Origin: Octopus vulgaris
Taxonomy: Eukaryota
Direction of reading: 5' to 3'
DNA length: 64,000 nt
NCBI GenBank assembly: GCA_951406725.2
Contig: OX597827.1
Coordinates: 44,020,001-44,084,000 of the forward strand
Under the pieces are notes generated by a model. The model saw only the letters and a list, made by a program, of their open reading frames with translations. It did not search any database and was not told the origin of the DNA. Positions 60,028 through 64,000 of the stretch are shown one piece after another. How positions within the stretch are numbered: the stretch's first letter is position 1; the number at the start of each line of letters is the position of its first letter. The position numbers and the translations under genes are program-made.

Positions 60028-60409
60028 TGGGAAATCAATTCAAAGTAGGCGAATGGGCGGAAGTGCTTTAAAAGATGAGGACCTCAGCAGAGAGTATTAG
60101 ATGAAAATGTCAATATGTGAGGAAGCTTAAAGACTGATGTACAAAATGGCGTAGAGTATGAGAGAGGGGAAAGAAAACCTTGCGGCGGCTGATGATACAA
60201 AATCTCAAATATTAAAAATTAAAGGGCTTTTCTTACCTTAATTTACATATTTCCATGCTTAGGAAATATATATATGTATGTATATATGTGTGTATGTACA
60301 TACACACACACACATATATATTTATGTATGTATATATATATTAAAAGCATGAAGGCATACATATAAAGATGTGTGTGCGTTAGTGTGTAAGCTTGCATGT
60401 ATGTATTCC

Positions 60410-60570
60410 TCCCCTACCTCCTCTTCCTCCGTTCCTCGGAGCTTTCCAGAAGCCCCCCACTCCTTCCTCAGAATTTCCAGGAAGTATCCTTCTATCTCTC
60501 TCCCTCCTCTGAACTTTCTAGGAAATCGCTCCTTTCCTCGGAGATTTCCAGGAAGTCATTCCTCCCCTCC
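60410..60570 (-). repeat. Same minisatellite, opposite orientation, ~5 units
   Basis: cctcggagctttccagaag / gaatttccaggaag units. Confidence 0.85.
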
Positions 60571-60618
60571 ATACACACACATAAACAAAAGCATATATAA
60601 ATATTATATATATTATGT

Positions 60619-60697
<79 letters not shown>

Positions 60698-60968
60698 CCT
60701 TTTTCTAAAACATCAGTGTTTATTATATACAGACGGAAAATGACCATAATAATGAAAATATAATATGGTGTGTGAATATTTACCCAGTGGGCTCTTAAAT
60801 ATTTATTCCTAAATACTCACAAATTCTCTTTGAGTAGAAAAACAAGAAATACTCCAAATTTTAAGCGTATTCTTCACTGCTCAATCTTAATTTCCACATC
60901 ACTAAACGAGAAATAAACGCTGAAATGTGATCAGATGTTTGTGTGCGAATGTACAATAGTATATATTC

Positions 60969-61007
<39 letters not shown>

Positions 61008-61111
61008 GTGTGTGTGCACCCGCGCGCGTGTGTGTGAGTGTGAATGTGTAATGCATATATATAAATATATATATATATATACACATATATATACATGTAT
61101 ATATATATGTG

Positions 61112-61163
<52 letters not shown>

Positions 61164-61344
61164 CATATATAAAGAGAAACATGAGTAATACTTCAAACGT
61201 GCCTACACTGCTGTATCTTGTACATGCTTATATACACAGTATATATATTTATACATATATATATATATATATATGTACATAAATACACACACATATATAT
61301 ATCATTTATATTCGAATATGAATATGCATACACATATATGCATT

Positions 61345-61393
<49 letters not shown>

Positions 61394-61426
61394 CTATATA
61401 AGTATGTATGTATGTATATGTATATA

Positions 61427-61479
<53 letters not shown>

Positions 61480-61966
61480 ATATATATATATATGTCTGTG
61501 CGTATATGTATGCATTCGCACACGGACACATATATGAAATTTAAAAGCCTTCCACTCCATAAACTAGAGATCAACGCATAAATAATAGACACGTGACTAG
61601 TCAGTAGAGAAATGTTTTTATCTCTTTCTCTTTCTCCGTCTACCCTCTCATTCCCCTGTTACTCTCTTTTTACTATTTTGTTAACATAGCTTCAATTTAT
61701 TTAACTACAAACTTTCTTGGTTCATTTTTTTTTTTTTAGTTTGTTATTGAAGATAGGAATGGCGGCGTAGTAGAAGTGATGGTTGTGGAAGGTAGTGTTG
61801 GTATTTTCGGAAGAGTAGCTGCTGTCATGGGGCAAAATATGGCGGATATTTTTACGCGATGGACATTGTTGTTCAGCATTTGAAGTAGTTGCGTTTTATT
61901 TCATTTCACTTCGGAATTTTATACTTTCACACAAACACATATATGTATATGCATACATATATATGC

Positions 61967-62031
<65 letters not shown>

Positions 62032-62088
62032 TACATATATATGCATATATATATTATATATATATGATATACATATATATATATATCA

Positions 62089-62128
<40 letters not shown>

Positions 62129-62143
62129 TATATATAAATGCAT

Positions 62144-62220
<77 letters not shown>

Positions 62221-62345
62221 AACACTCATACAAAATGCACACACTTGTGTCTTTAAGAACAAATACACGCGCACACATGTAGATATAAATATACATATGT
62301 AGACATACATGCACACAAGCATACACATAGACATACACACACACA

Positions 62346-62390
<45 letters not shown>

Positions 62391-62770
62391 ACACACACAC
62401 ACGGTCTTACGTGTCCGAATCCTACTTCTTTGCCTGCTTTGTTTGTCAGCTCATTTATATTTTCTTTTTCTTTTCCTTTTTTGCTTTTTATCTCTCTTTA
62501 TCTGGTGACATTAGAAATAAAATATATTTCCGCTGCGTGCGTGACAAACGCTGCACAGTTTCACACCTTTCTTTGTATCATGTGTTTAAAATCGACTGTT
62601 TTATTACCGTGTTATTCCTACTGTCCTCTGTTGTAGCTCGAATGGGATTCCATAAATCAGCTGCTGTTTCACCTTCTCCTGTGTGTGTTTTGTATCCACC
62701 TGCTTTTCAATACATTTTCCTTCATTTAAATTGTGAGTTGTTCTTCTCTGGTTATTTCTTCATTTTGAAT

Positions 62771-62893
62771 TTGGCTGAATCATTAGCGCACCGGGCAAAA
62801 TGCTTAACGGCAATTCGTCACTCTTTACGTTCTGAGTTCAAATTTTCGAGGTCGGAAAATGAAATACCAGTGAAACACAGGGGTCGATATCTT
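62771..62893 (+). mobile_element. SINE family 2, deleted copy
   Basis: ttagcgcaccgggcaaaatgctta..cgttctgagttcaaatt. Confidence 0.75.
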
Positions 62894-63630
62894 CGAAACT
62901 TTCCAGGAAGTCCTTCTTCCTCCCTTGAAAATGCCAGGATTTCTCTCCTCTCTCTTCCTCCTCTTCCTTCGCTACTCGGAACTTTCCACCCCTTCTTGGA
63001 ACTTTCCAGAAAGTCCTTCTTCCCCTTTCTCTCCCGCCTCGCAACTTTCCAGGAAGTCATTCCTCCCCTTCATGGAACTTTCCAGAAAGTCCTTCTACCC
63101 CTTTCTCCCCCGCCTCGCAACTTTCCAGGAAGTCTTTCTTCCCCTTCCTTCCCTTCTCGGAACTTTCCGGGAAGACCTTACTCGCCTTCTTTGAACTTTC
63201 CAGGATGTTCTTCCTCCCCATCCTCAGAACTTTCCAGGGAGTCAATCTCCCCTGCCTCTCCCTCACCGGAACTTTCCAGGAAGTCCTTCCTTTACATCAT
63301 CGGAACTTTCCAGGAAGTCTCTTCCTCTCATCGAAACTTTCTTGGAAATCTTTCCGCCGGAAGTCCTTCAACCTCGGAACTTTCCAGGTAATCTTTCCTC
63401 CGGTCTTCCCCTCCTCGGAACTTTCCAAGAAGTCACTGCGCCTTTCCAGGAAGTTATTCCTCCCCTTCCTCAGAACCCTCCATGAAGTCTTTTTACCCCT
63501 CCTCTCCTTCCTATGAACTTGTCAGGAAGTCCTCCTCCCCCGCTCTTCGGAACTTTCAGGAAGTACCTCCCCTCTCCTCCCCTTCCTCTCCTCGTCGGAA
63601 CTTTCCAGGAAGTCTTTCCTCCCCTTCCTC
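62890..63630 (-). repeat. Same minisatellite, opposite orientation, ~20 units with pyrimidine-rich spacers
   Basis: Repeated ggaactttccaggaagt. Confidence 0.9.
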
Positions 63631-63887
63631 AGCTCTTTATTGATGTTAACTCCACGTATTTTTGTAATTTTTTGTGCTGTAACTCGTGCTTCGATATTAT
63701 CCCCCGTGTCTTGTGCCCTTGTGGCCAATCAAAGAAATCATCATTATTAGTATTAATATTATTATTACTATTATTATTTTATTGTTTTTGCACAGCTTCT
63801 AACGCTGGAGATGTACTACGTTATCAGCTGTTCTAGGCAGTGCTATTTTCTGCAAGTGCTCCACAGTGCTATTTGTTCCACGTACTG

Positions 63888-63957
<70 letters not shown>

Positions 63958-63960
63958 GTT

Positions 63961-63991
<31 letters not shown>

Positions 63992-64000
63992 TTATTATTA

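Noticed and set aside
58318-63630. CRISPR-like repeat-spacer array, and ORFs of 211 and 360 aa
   Set aside because: Eukaryotic context, degenerate repeats, short related spacers of variable length, no cas genes; ORFs are largely minisatellite translations

Overview
Eukaryotic, AT-rich, extremely microsatellite-rich non-coding DNA with no recognisable intact host gene. The SINE families and microsatellite load suggest an octopus or other coleoid cephalopod (inference from recalled repeat content, no search run). Nearly all ORFs in the track are translations of simple repeats. Real coding remnants are a decayed Penelope-like (PLE) RT-thumb/GIY-YIG segment (~1.6-2.0 kb), a CR1-type LINE 3' end, a Tc1 DD34E fragment and an RTE-type LINE 3' end. 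There are also four tRNA-headed SINE families and a 1.7-kb non-autonomous Helitron. The main hidden signal is about 19 type-I minimal hammerhead ribozyme (HHR) motifs, intact to decayed and read by eye. They fall into at least five sequence families, mostly in short elements that end in (TA)n and often sit in inverted-repeat structures. This looks like a dense population of PLE-derived, ribozyme-bearing, microsatellite-associated mini-retroelements. Other notable items are several foldback or templated inversions and a minisatellite whose unit overlaps STAT-type and kappaB-like motifs. All pairings and coordinates were read manually; repeat edges are approximate.
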